From contig JAUFOQ010000006.1 in the NCBI GenBank assembly GCA_040285855.1, positions 1,922,001 through 1,986,000 on the forward strand: a stretch of 64,000 nt of DNA, in the 5' to 3' direction. Origin of the DNA: Eukaryota sp. GEM-RC1 (lineage: Eukaryota). Under the pieces are notes generated by a model, which was not told the origin of the DNA, did no database searches, and saw only the letters and a program-made list of their open reading frames with translations. Positions within the stretch are counted from its first letter, which is position 1, and each line of letters opens with the position of its first letter. Made by a program: the position numbers and the translations under genes. Shown here piece by piece: positions 1-11,486 of this stretch.

Positions 1-463
1 GACTTTTGAGTATTGTGTTTACTTGTGTTTCTCAGTTTGATTACTGCTAGCTCTATTCACTTTCTATGTGTGATCTTTTTCTATGCATGATGTGTTTTTT
101 TGGCATTGTAGTAGTGTTGATGTTATTCGTCATTGAATAAATTGTAACAAGACTCAATGTATTACAAATCTAACAATATATGCTAACCTTATTTGCATGA
201 CTTAATCGTTCTGTGCAATAAGTTCTGGAAATAATTGCTTCTTGAATTAGTTACACACACTTTCGATTTTGAATAGACATAATTTCAGCGTTGTCAACAA
301 CTTCATTTGTTGACCTGTGCTAATCTACCGGGATTTAGCAAAATTAAACAAACAAACGGGAACGATATGACGATATTTTCAGGTTCAATTCTATTCCTTT
401 GATGTTGAGAACAGATCTGTCTTCTTTAGGCGACTATTGCGTAGCGAACATGAGAGCTTTCTA

Positions 464-1453
464 TATTGTAGGCAAAACCGATTTGGAGGATACAGTAAGT
501 ACTTGTATTGCTTTTTTGAAAGAGAGGCTCTTATTTTGTAAATTATCATTATCCTGAACCACAAGATATTAACCAAAGTATACGTCTTTACAAATTTGTT
601 AATAAATTGACAAGGAGTTTGAACTCTTGGACTTTAATAATCGTATTAGCTTGGCTAAAACTAATAGTCCCGAGTTCGCTGCTTTTTAATCGATCTTTGT
701 AATAGTGGACCTTCTGGATTTATTTCTCAAATTCCAAAGGTGTATGGATTACATCTATCTGATGAAGCTTGGATGATCAATATGCGTCTTCGTATTGTAG
801 GCAAAACCGATTTGGAGCATACAGTAAGTACTTGTATTGCTTTTTTGAAAGAGAGGCTCTTATTTTGTAAATTATCATTATCCTGAACCACAAGATATTA
901 ACCAAAGTATACGTCTTTACAAATTTGTTAATAAATTGACAAGGAGTTTGAACTCTTGGACTTTAATAATCGTATTAGCTTGGCTAAAACTAATAGTCCC
1001 GAGTTCGCTGCTTTTTTAATCGATCTTTGTAATAGTGGACCTTCTGGATTTATTTCTCAAATTCCAAAGGTGTATGGATTACATCTATCTGATGAAGCTT
1101 GGATGATCAATATGCGTCTTCGTATTGTAGGCAAAACCGATTTGGAGGATACAGTAAGTACTTGTATTGCTTTTTTGAAAGAGAGGCTCTTATTTTGTAA
1201 ATTATCATTATCCTGAACCACAAGATATTAACCAAAGTATACGTCTTTACAAGTTTGTTAATAAATTGACAAGGAGTTTGAACTCTTGGACTTTAATAAT
1301 CGTATTAGCTTGGCTAAAACTAATAGTCCCGAGTTCGCTGCTTTTTTAATCGATCTTTGTAATAGTGGACCTTCTGGATTTATTTCTCAAATTCCAAAGG
1401 TGTATGGATTACATCTATCTGATGAAGCTTGGATGATCAATATGCGTCTTCGT
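464..1453 (+). repeat. Three tandem copies of a ~330-bp unit within a non-LTR retroelement remnant
   Basis: Units start at 464, 793 and 1123 (TATTGTAGGCAAAACCGATTTGGAG...ATGCGTCTTCGT). They are near-identical, differing by one T in a T-run and a couple of substitutions. Confidence 0.95.
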
Positions 1454-2140
1454 TTGGCTATTTGGCCTGCAAATTTATTAAACTATTCAACGTGCTCTTG
1501 TGGAGCTAATGGTGTTTTTCGTCATTTAATTAATTGTCGTTATTTTATTCATCTCCGTGCAGTAATTCATGATGGTGTACGTGATTCTTGTTATTCCATG
1601 TTTAAAGCACATGGTTTTCACTCTAAAGTTGAACCAGTTTTGAATCATCTTTCAGAAAATGAATTTACTGATCAAAAACGAGGGGATCTACATACTCCGT
1701 GGCTTAAATCGAGTCAAGCATTAATGGATTTTACTACAGTAGATGTATGTAACAAATCTTGTGTTAGTAGGATATTAGATTCTTCTTTTAATCCATTAAC
1801 AGCAGCTGAAAAGCTCAAACACACCAAGTATGACTCTCAAGTAGAAGAATTAAATAGAAACTCATATTCCAAATTTGTGTTTCAACCTTTTGCTGTTTCT
1901 CTTTTTGGATCTATTAGTCCTGCTGGTGATCAATTTTTCAAGGATTTCGAAGAATTGTGTAAAGAAAAGAAGCGTAAGTTTAGAATGGCTGAATGGAAAA
2001 ACCGTATAGTGTTTTCCATATATCGGAATATGCCTTTCTATTTCTCTAGATTAATTGAGAAATTGTACAAGTTTGGTGTGAAGGTTCATGTAGATAAACG
2101 TAATCTTTTACCGGGTGGTGATGAAGTCGTTTGGATTTAA
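464..2140 (+). mobile_element. 3' fragment of a CRE-like (restriction-like endonuclease clade) non-LTR retrotransposon
   Basis: ORF 1286-2140 has the post-RT CCHC motif (CSCG...HLINC), then IHDGVRD, KVEP, RGDL, DFTTVD, AEKLKHTKY and FQPFAVSLFG. This is the RLE endonuclease signature of CRE/R2-group elements. No RT core is present. Confidence 0.75.
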
Positions 2141-3439
2141 TCTTAGTATTATTTGTTTGTTTTTACAATTTCATAGTTTGTAGAAAGGTTACCTTATTGG
2201 GTGCCGAATAAACATCTCTCTTAAATTTGTTTGACCAAAAGTATTGATAACATTCCTCAGAAATATATATCATACTACCACAATTGATTGTCACTAAACA
2301 TATTTTCAAGAAAATTCAGAACTTTCCCGTGATTTTAGTACAGTGCTGTAAGAAACTGAGTACCGAAAATAATGACGAACGTCACTTTTTCCCAACGAAA
2401 ATATGAATGCTCATAATACTGGTTAACATGTGTCAGTTATGCAATAAATAGTTACTTTTTTGACCCAATAATTTGAAGAGATTTCAGCTAAACTGTATTT
2501 TAGTGAAGAAGTTTTTTACCTAAAGAGAACTACTATAACAATTCTTAAGTGTTTAATTTAACAACACCAATTACCAGTTCGCGTAGTGCTCGGCAATTTA
2601 TTACAATATGTGTCCTTTTAACTTTTTCCACAATTGAATGGGGTTCTGCATAACCAGATAAATCATGAAGCACTCTCTTACCTCGTTACGAACACAGTCC
2701 AAAGACAAAGACATCCTGGATTATTGACCTAGTTGTAGATTTGGGTCAAGAAATTTTGTTTGTTACATTTGGTAAACGCATGTCACATCTCTTTCTTCTT
2801 TTGAAGATTGAATGTTGCTCTATCTCTGTTTGGTAGAGTGACCTGCAGACATTGCTAATAATGAGAGCTTAAATCGTACAATGCCTTTGATAGCATTTGT
2901 TCTTCATGCAGCTCAAACATATGCTATTTCAACAATCTGTGACCGTGTTCTTGATTCATTCGCATCTTTACTATGCATTGCTGTACCAGAGTACAACTAT
3001 GTCTGAAAAGAAGAAAATAGATAGAAACTTGGTCTAGGTGTTTGTTCTGTAGGTACTCTTTCACGAGATGATTGCTGTCTGCGCCGCTGTTTTCACCTGT
3101 TCAGTGTGTTCTTGACCGTCTCTTTAGTGCCTTTAATAGGACTTCAATACACTTTCCACGCTCTTCTTAACCTGTGTAACGTGTGTTACAGAACCTTGGC
3201 ATTCTCTCAGTTCTGACTTGTCATCAACAACACCTTTTGATGACTGTCTATATAATCTTTCCTCGTCAATCAATTCCTTGCCATCTTATCCTACCCCTAC
3301 AGTCATACCAGTAACAATTTAAGCGTTGACGATTCCCTCCCTCCCAGTATGTGGGAATCGTTCCTTATCATTTTATACCCACCAAGTGATTGTCATTTGG
3401 CTCCTCTCAATCCAATTGCACATTGTTTATAAACCACAG

Positions 3440-4103
3440 CAGGCCCTCTCATAAGATAATTTAAAATAATTTGAACATCCAAAAGTGCCAAAAATAAATG
3501 TGAAATAAATATAATTAAAACAAAATAAAACCCAAATAAAAACAAAATATTTTAGTATACATCTAATCTGAGTTAGTATCGATGATTACACAATCCATTT
3601 GATCATCCCTTTCTTGTCGAAATCGGTTAGTTGACTTTCTGCCTCGTATAATTGCTCTAACTGTGTCGTCATTCCATAGACATCTGTGGATCTTCAATAT
3701 TAGTTCAATGTTCAGCATCGTAAACGACAATGAGAATCATTCAATGATCATATGCCCGGGTATAGTCGCTGGATTGGCTTAGAACACAGGTAAAGGCTCG
3801 TCTGTATTGGTTCGGTTCGACATAGAAATTGCAAAGTTTGAGAGAAAATGTCTCAACTTTAATTTTTGTCTGAACTTGAGCATTTCACACATCATGTTTC
3901 AAGTCAATTAACAACCTTGAGCACTAAATTAACTCATGTATTATATAGATCAATGAAGTTTACTTTCCGACATTTTATTTATATTTATTTATATTTTATT
4001 TTATTTTGTTTTATTTGCATGATCGCCAAAAAGGCTCAAAAATAAATAGAAATAGAAATAAATAGAAATAAATAGAATTTATATTTATTTATGAGGAGCC
4101 CTG
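3440..4103. mobile_element. hAT-type non-autonomous element (MITE), 664 bp
   Basis: Perfect 8-bp TSD AACCACAG (3432-3439, 4104-4111); imperfect TIRs CAGGCCCTCTCATAA / CAGGGCTCCTCATAA (12/15); AT-rich subterminal AAAT(A) repeats. Confidence 0.85.
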
Positions 4104-4496
4104 AACCACAGACTCCTAAGATTGTTATCGACAAGAAATACTGTAAGTCTCTATGATTGTTTTGCCATTTAAAGTAGTGTATGTTCTATCGAAAACAAAA
4201 GTGCTTTATTCTATAAACTTACGCTAAAGAATATAAAATAGACATATAAATCTTCCCCATCACACAACATTCACCACCACCAAACAAACTCTTCCAGATA
4301 TCATCAAAGTAATTGTTCATAGAAGGAAATAAAGCAAATACTAGACGATCTCTCCAAAAACCACTGTTGAACTTTTTACCGAAATCATTACACAAATCAT
4401 TAAACGAACATAAAAGATGAAGTATAGAAGTTATTAGCTGCAGTACCTACTGTAAATTTCCATATAAACAAAATCCAAAAGGTTGAAAATTTTAAC

Positions 4497-6313
4497 TTGA
4501 AATTCAAATCAATTGAAATCAATTTTCGAAAAGAACTATTGACTATGTTTAACCTCAACCATCCGTGTGTTCTACGAGTTTTTGGACTTGTTTGGCTGCC
4601 TAACAATCAACTCGGTATTGTTATGGAAAAGGCATCCAGTTCGCTTACTGTACCTTCCTCAGTTTCATCTCGCTCCTTAACTTATGCTAAACAGATCGTA
4701 GAAGCACTTCTTCATCTTCACTCCCACAACATTCTACATGGTGATCTCAAACCAGAAAACGTCTTGATTGTAGGAGGTGCAGCGAAATTGAGTGACTTTG
4801 GAACCTCAAAAGTTCTTTCAGAAACAACTACACACAAAACTCATCAAATGAATTATACATTGAAATATGTGGCTCCTGAAGCTCTCTCAAATAGAAAGTC
4901 TCTCAAATCTGATATCTACAGCTTTGGCCTGATGCTTTATGAATTGTTTTGTAATGAAATTCTTTTTGAAGGTTATGATGTTGCTGCAATCTGTGGTGTC
5001 AAAATGTGTGATTTGAAATTGAAATTTCATCCAAATGTTGACCAACGTGTTGTTGATCTGATTTCAAGATGTTGCCACATGGATATGAATGAAAGACCGC
5101 ATCTAGAAGATATTTATGAATCTTTGAACAAACTATTAGAGGAATTTTCCAAGAATTGCGAGTCTATTGAAGAGGAATTGAAAAAGAGAAGGCCAAAGCT
5201 CTCCAGTTGGAATCAGAAATTCTTCAAATCTCTAAAGAATTAACTGTTGCAAAGAAGTTTCAACATGATTGTTCTACCTATGAGTCTCAATTGAAACAGG
5301 TACGTGATCAGTTAGATGCTGAAGTCATCATCAGTAAGGAGCTTCGATCCACAAAAGAAATGCTAGAGAACGATGTTTCCCGTTTACAAGAGACTGTAAG
5401 ATCAAACGCCAACAAAATATCAAATTTGGTGGATGAATTGTCTGAAAAGTCTACAAGAACTACAGAGCTTGAAGCAACTCTCTCTGATCTTAAGAACAAA
5501 TTTCGGGTTGTGAAAAACACGCGAAGTAAATCAACTATTCGAAATCGAGGTGAAACTTTCCTAGCTCTGATACGGGTTGTTTGGGCCTTACTACGTTGGT
5601 TAGTTGTGACTCTTTGGATGACCTGTCGTACCAACTACAATCGTTGTAAGAACTGGAATTTTAAGTCCAAGTCAGTTTACCACACTGAATTGGACTTTTC
5701 AAAAGCTAGGAAGTTAGCTGATTATACACGTCTTGTTAATGGGCTTCCACCATATGAACGCATCAGACTTCGTCATTGTCATAAAGTGACGGTCTTGAGA
5801 GCTTCACATGTTAATGATATCTCTGTCTTACCATATTATCCTAACCTTGAACAATTGAGTTTGAGATTCTATGGTGATATTACTCTCACTTGTATTTCCA
5901 ATCTTACAAAGCTGACCAAGCTAGATTTGCGAAATCCCGTTTTTGATGATATTTCACCTTTGCGTCACTTGACTAACTTGCAGATGCTTGCCATCTCCAG
6001 CTCAAAAGTTATTGATCTGAGTCCCTTGTCATGTTTAATTAACTTGCAGATGCTTAATCTATCAGGAACTGGTGTTGTTGATACCACCCCACTTCAACAA
6101 TTAAAGCAACTTCATACTCTGGATTTGTCTCATACCAAAGTTCAACATATTAAACCCCTCTTAGACTTGACTTCTCTTAAGTATCTTTCTTTAGATCATA
6201 CTCGTGTTGACGACAGTGAAGTGCTGGGTCAGTTAAGGAAATCATTGGTTACTTTGACTGCACGTTGTTGTCCTGCCGACCCCTACAGCATCAGTATCAG
6301 ATTTAGCAAGTGA
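4497..6313 (+). CDS. Protein kinase (TKL-like) - coiled coil - hydrophobic segment - LRR protein; N-lobe appears truncated, possibly a pseudogene
   Basis: HGDLKPEN, DFG, APE and SDIYSFG kinase motifs. One missing A in the A-run at ~5181 joins ORF 4497-5243 to ORF 5207-6313, which has 22-aa LxxLxxLxLxxTxVxDxxPL repeats. No GxGxxG or VAIK upstream in frame (stop at 4425). Confidence 0.75.
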
Positions 6314-7337
6314 TTTTCATCCCCTTTTTGTCGTTCTAATTGCAGTTGTTCATTAAATCGAATGTCTTGGGTTTATCTTTGATAAATTTCTATTATGGTC
6401 GTTTCGTAAGTGCTGAAAAAGTAGGAAATAAACTTTACCCTCGATATAGTGCCGCCATATTGGCAGACATTCATAATGTAAAAAATTTGAGTTCGGAAAA
6501 TATGTATTTGTTACTAGAGAGAAATCACTACTATTCTTGTTTGCAAATTTGATGATTGCTTGCAACTAAAGTAGTGTTTTGTTTTATGGTCCCATTGTTG
6601 CCAGACTCAAGCAGCAATTTGAATGTTCTTTGTTGAACTATGATCACGTGAGTCTCTATGAGTGTTAGACTATTTTAAAATAGTTACATCACCTCAAAAA
6701 CTTAGAATTTTGTCACTTTACTGGGAATGTCCAATTATCCGAAGTTTTGAGGAATATAAATTACAGCATATATTCTAATGTTAGTGCCATGGCCCTTGTG
6801 TAATAAATCCACTACTGTACTCTCATTTCTCCATTCATATGACTAAGACCAATACTAAGTGTTAAGTAATTCCACTTGTAATTTCCACTTTTTGTAGTTT
6901 TGGTTCAGTTGAATGAATCTATGCGCGCAAGTCTTTGGTAGGTAAACGGTGTCATTTGATGTACTATAAAGCCCTGTTTATGAATGAATAAATATATGGA
7001 TTTAAAAATACTGTGTTGGGAGTGGAGGTTCATTATACCCAATTTATATCAAATGTGAAAGAACTACTCCATTTGGATTTCCAGAATATTGTTAGTTTTG
7101 ATATAGGAAAATGCCAAGATGAAAAAAATGGGCAAGAAGAATCATGGAAAATGTCCCAAACGAAAGAAGTACCGTATTCCAACATTGAGATTGTATGTAC
7201 AGTACATATCCTCAAGAAAAAACAGCCGTGTCCAAAAATAGACTTAAGGAAACGCGGAAAAGCCCAATCGGATGTTTGGTAATAAGGAATCGATACTTTA
7301 CAAATTCTCCCCCTCTGTCGATTGTCGGATATCAAGA

Positions 7338-7834
7338 ATGGACATCATCGAAAAACATAAATGTGCGCATCCTAAGTGCGATAAGTTAGTTCCTGTCAAC
7401 GTCCACTACAAAAATGGCACTTGTTCTTCTCTTTGCAGGTTTGTCTTTTCGTGTTTAATCGAAGCAAACGACTTTCAGACTTGTTGTACAGGCGGAAGAT
7501 CCGCGATATGTCTGCTGTAAGCGTCCACAAACCTCCGAAGCCCTCAAGGTCTTCAAAGGAATCGCATACGATACCCATTTATAAACCCATCCCTCTAAAG
7601 CCTCGACCGATGCATACGGGGTTTTTGGGCTTCCAGTCGGGGGCACCCTTTCAGCCTCCCATCTACTCTCCTGCTGTTGGGTACTCTAACGGTTTATCTC
7701 CATCTCAATCGCCTTCTCCTACCACCGAACTCCATCAGTATCGTTCTGATTTTCCCTCTGGTTTCGCCACCCAGTCGAGACACTCACAGTACCACCCTGC
7801 ATACATGGCGACCCCGCAAGACATTGTGAATTGA
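7338..7834 (+). CDS. Hypothetical protein with N-terminal Cys cluster and Pro/Ser-rich tail; probable 26-nt intron 7439-7464
   Basis: ATG at 7338 (MDIIEKHKCAHPKC...CSSLC). Removing GTTTGT...TTTAAT.GAAG joins it in frame to ORF 7421-7834 (SKRLSDLLYRRK...). Confidence 0.5.
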
Positions 7835-8023
7835 CCTCATCTGTTATAGTTTTATTAGTCTGTTATAGTATTACCAGCACTTTATTTAATATACATATAG
7901 TTTGAAATGAATTGTTATATGAGATCTAGATGAAACCAAAGCGTAACAGATACTCTATTGAGAAATCCGAATGATGTACAGGTTATCACCAACATCTCAC
8001 ACTCTCACATCATACTGACAAAC

Positions 8024-10089
8024 ATGAAAAAAAGCGGTAGTCTAAAATTTGTCGATACATTCGACTCATCTTCTTCAGGAATTATGGTACGGTCTTGGAA
8101 TCCATTATCATATCTTTCTTCAACTTCTTTTGGCTCATCACAGATGTGTGAAGAAAAGGCTTGTATGTATGAAGGAGATGCTGTACTTGAAGACATTCGA
8201 CCATCTGCTGAAGACATCCTTGACGAAGGTGAGATGTACTCTCATGTGAAGTACAGAGGACGAAGACCCTCCATTATTGATAAAACAATACACTTTCCAA
8301 CCATTGAGTCTGGGGTCTTGTCAATGGTGTTAAGGTTTTGTTCTACACTAATGAGTTCGGGAGAAACAGTTGCAGCAGATTTTCTGGAATCAATACCCGA
8401 CTTGAACGTCATTGAGTTGCTGAAGACGTCCACCTTTATGGAGATTGATGCATTGAGTCTCTGCCTGTGCAATCTACTAGCTAATAGACCAGAATGTATG
8501 TTTTAAGCGCATCTGACTTTAGTATGGACCAACATGACCAAGCTTCCTTCAATATTTTGCGAGGAAGTATTTCTCAGAGCTTCAATCTCAAACCTTGTAG
8601 ATAATCCATTGATCACTGAGAAGTGGTGGCGAATCATGGCAATGAGAAGATTCATATCAGAAGCCAAAGATAGTGTGTCAACTCCAGATAGAGTGAAATC
8701 GCCAGGTTTGTCAAAGTGGTTGAAAGAGTTTGACGATAGAATGGAATCGCCACATGTTGTAATCAGGAAGCATCTATCTTCGATGCATCGAAGTTCGATG
8801 GAAGAACACGAACCAGAAAAGAAATTGCTTTCGTCGTCCACTCCCTTTACATTTCATGAAGACATCCCGAATGGTTGCCATATTGTAGCTCCTCATCCCA
8901 CCAGTGTCAAGGGTCAATCTTATCCGGGATTTTGGAAAAGTGTCTTTCTCCAAAACTCGATCCAAGTTCAATGTGCAAAGTCTTCAATCATGACTACTGA
9001 TGAATCCAAGGATCGTTTGGCTGAACTTATCAGAAATGCCAATACAGTCACAGAACTCATCATCCGAGTTTCAACTCCTTCTATTGTCACCCACGCTTTG
9101 ACATATGGCTTTCTTAATTCATCTCTCTCCTCTCTTGAGTCTCTTGATCTCTCTAAAGTTGGTCTTGATGCCAGCTCAGCACTCGCTCTCGCTGCTTCTC
9201 TAGCAGGGAACACTACACTTCTCCGTCTTAATCTTGGTAACAACAAACTCCGTAATGAAGGAGCGCTGGCTTTATGTCGAATTCTCCAGACCACCCATCT
9301 TAAAACTCTTCACGCTGAACACAATGCTCTTGGCATCAACGCTGGAGTCACCATCTCCCAAGCTCTCTCCCACAACCGCCATCTCACTAAACTGGCACTT
9401 GGATACAACCAACTTAGAGGCAGAGGTGTGGCCGCCATCGCCAATGCTCTCAAACAGAACTCCATCCTCACTGCTCTTGACGTTGCCAACTGTTACATGG
9501 GTAACGAAGGAGCTCTAGCTCTAGCTGACTATATTAAATCCTCTTGTTCTCTCTCACTTCTCAGAGCCTGGGATAGTACAATGGGAAGAGAGGGGGTCAC
9601 GCTATCGCTATGGCTGTAGCTACCAACCATTCCTTGTTAGATGTTGGTGTTGGATACTCTTCTTTATCTAACGATGATCGAGAGTTAATTGAAGCAGTAC
9701 TAACTAGGAACAACTCTGCTAAAACTAGATCTAGCTCTGAGTTTTCCCCTGCTCCGCGACCTCCCTCTTCTGACATCTTTGCTGAACGACGTAAACATGA
9801 ACGAGATTTGTTGTATGGTGCGGATACCGTGTTTAGTGATCAATGGTTGTTGATAGACGAACATTGGTTAAGTAAGTGGAGAGCCTTTGTAGCTAGAGAT
9901 TCCAAGGAGAATCCACCTGGTCCAATTAGTAATGATAGATTGATAGATGAAGGCGGAGTTCCTAAAGAGGGAATGAGGAAGTTATATGATTATAGGGGGG
10001 TTTCAAGACAAGTGTATGGTCTGTTTGAATCTATTTATGGAGGAGGACCACCTATTATTAGGCAGACAATTGATTTGTATGCAGTTTAA
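8024..10089 (+). CDS. SKP1/POZ-like domain + RNI-like LRR + C-terminal DUSP domain protein
   Basis: IHFPTIESGVLSMVLRFC...ELLKTSTFMEIDAL (SKP1/ElonginC-like); 28-aa RNI-type LRRs; WLLIDEHWLSKWRAFV..PPGPISNDRL..DYRGV..IYGGGPPIIR (DUSP). Joined by a 27-nt intron and one missing G in the G-run at ~9592. Confidence 0.75.
8496..8522 (+). other. 27-nt spliceosomal intron
   Basis: GTATGT donor, CTGAC branch point and TTTAG acceptor. It removes the in-frame TAA between two same-frame ORFs, giving ...RPELWTNMTK... Confidence 0.85.
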
Positions 10090-10158
10090 GTAATTTAATT
10101 TTTTAAAAATGATGGATATGTCATTTCTTTTTGTCAATAAATATATTGTTAATAAATT

Positions 10159-11417
10159 CTATACATGTACATAGACATCGCTATTGTCTTTTAAACATTG
10201 ACGATACTTCTCATTGTCAAGTTCTTTCATAGCACATACATAAGCAAAACGACGAGGGAAGATCAACGCACTACGTAAGTTAATGTACTGATTCCAAAGA
10301 TCATCATCTTTTGCAATACTTGAAATCAAATTGAGTAAAGATTTCGTGGACAAACCCTTTAATCCATAAACTTCTTTAACTGAATACTCAGTCACCCAAT
10401 CAGCCTTCCTTTTTCTATTGGATTCGAGTAAGTTGACGTACCATGATTGCATATCAACAATTCCCGAGTCATCAAAAGAAACAGATCTAAAGTTGGGATT
10501 ATTAGTGTAAACTGGGGATAAAGCGCCACCTAAAAACAAGGGTGAGGTTAAATCTCCAACAAATCTAAAATCATCAGCGTGGATATGACCAAAGAATTGT
10601 CCTATTACTGTTTTACCATAAGAATTGAGAATTGAAACGTATTTCTTAGTAAAGAACTCTTGCCATAAGAGAGAATCGTCATAGGCATTGGATCCTGGAC
10701 TAATATGACCCATGATTATGACCTTCTTGTTTTGAGATTGACATTGACGGAGATTGTTGGATAGCCATTCCAGTTGACCATGAGGATCAGGACTTCTTCC
10801 TTGTAAATCCATAGCAAAGTAAGAGAATGCATCGTGATGTTTCGGAGAGAAAACATTGGTGTTGAGCACTAGAAACACAGTGTTTGGTATAATTGAATGG
10901 TTCTCCCACCGGTAAAACCCACCTCTTGACAACTCAGTGGTAGCTTTAAAGTCATACAAGTGCCGGCCCCATATGTTTGCCACGGCTGAAAAGTCAATAG
11001 ACTGATAGCCAGGGAACACGTCATTGTTTCCTAAACAAGAAATGATTGGAATGTTGGGGTATCGATTGGCTATTTCCTCAGTTACATTCTTCATGACTGA
11101 AAGAACTTCTTTTCACTGTAAAGATCATGAGCTGCCATGTCACCACCAAAAACAATAAACGAAGGATGTGGAGCAACACGTTTTGCAGCATCAAAGGCAG
11201 AAGTCATTAGTTTATAAGGGGGATCGCAACCAGGTCGACCAAAGACAGCTCTAGCTGATTCTGGCAGGGGAAGGGCTTTACGACACCAATCCCCAGCGTT
11301 TCCACCCATAGAGAGTTCTAAATAATGTGGATCGTAATGTAGATCAGAAATGTAAAGGAAATATGGCAAGTCTGCAGCATATACCAAGGTACAGAGAAAA
11401 AGAATATACAGGATCAT
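10159..11417 (-). CDS. Acid sphingomyelinase-like (SMPDL3-like) metallophosphoesterase, secreted
   Basis: Signal peptide MILYILFLCTLVYAA; motifs SDLHYD, GDMAAHD, LGNND, GHISPG and GHIHADD; one A-run indel near 11110. Confidence 0.88.
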
Positions 11418-11486
11418 AGCCTCTTTTGGAAGGTTTAGAGTGCTTATCAAACAGACAAGGAAAAGTTGCCCCTTCAACAAAAGTTC

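Noticed and set aside
2600..3400. Possible decayed coding sequence (also 58700-59500)
   Set aside because: No sustained frame or recognisable motif.
8504..8506. In-frame TAA between same-frame ORFs, suggesting stop-codon reassignment
   Set aside because: Explained by a canonical 27-nt intron; TAA, TAG and TGA all terminate other genes normally.
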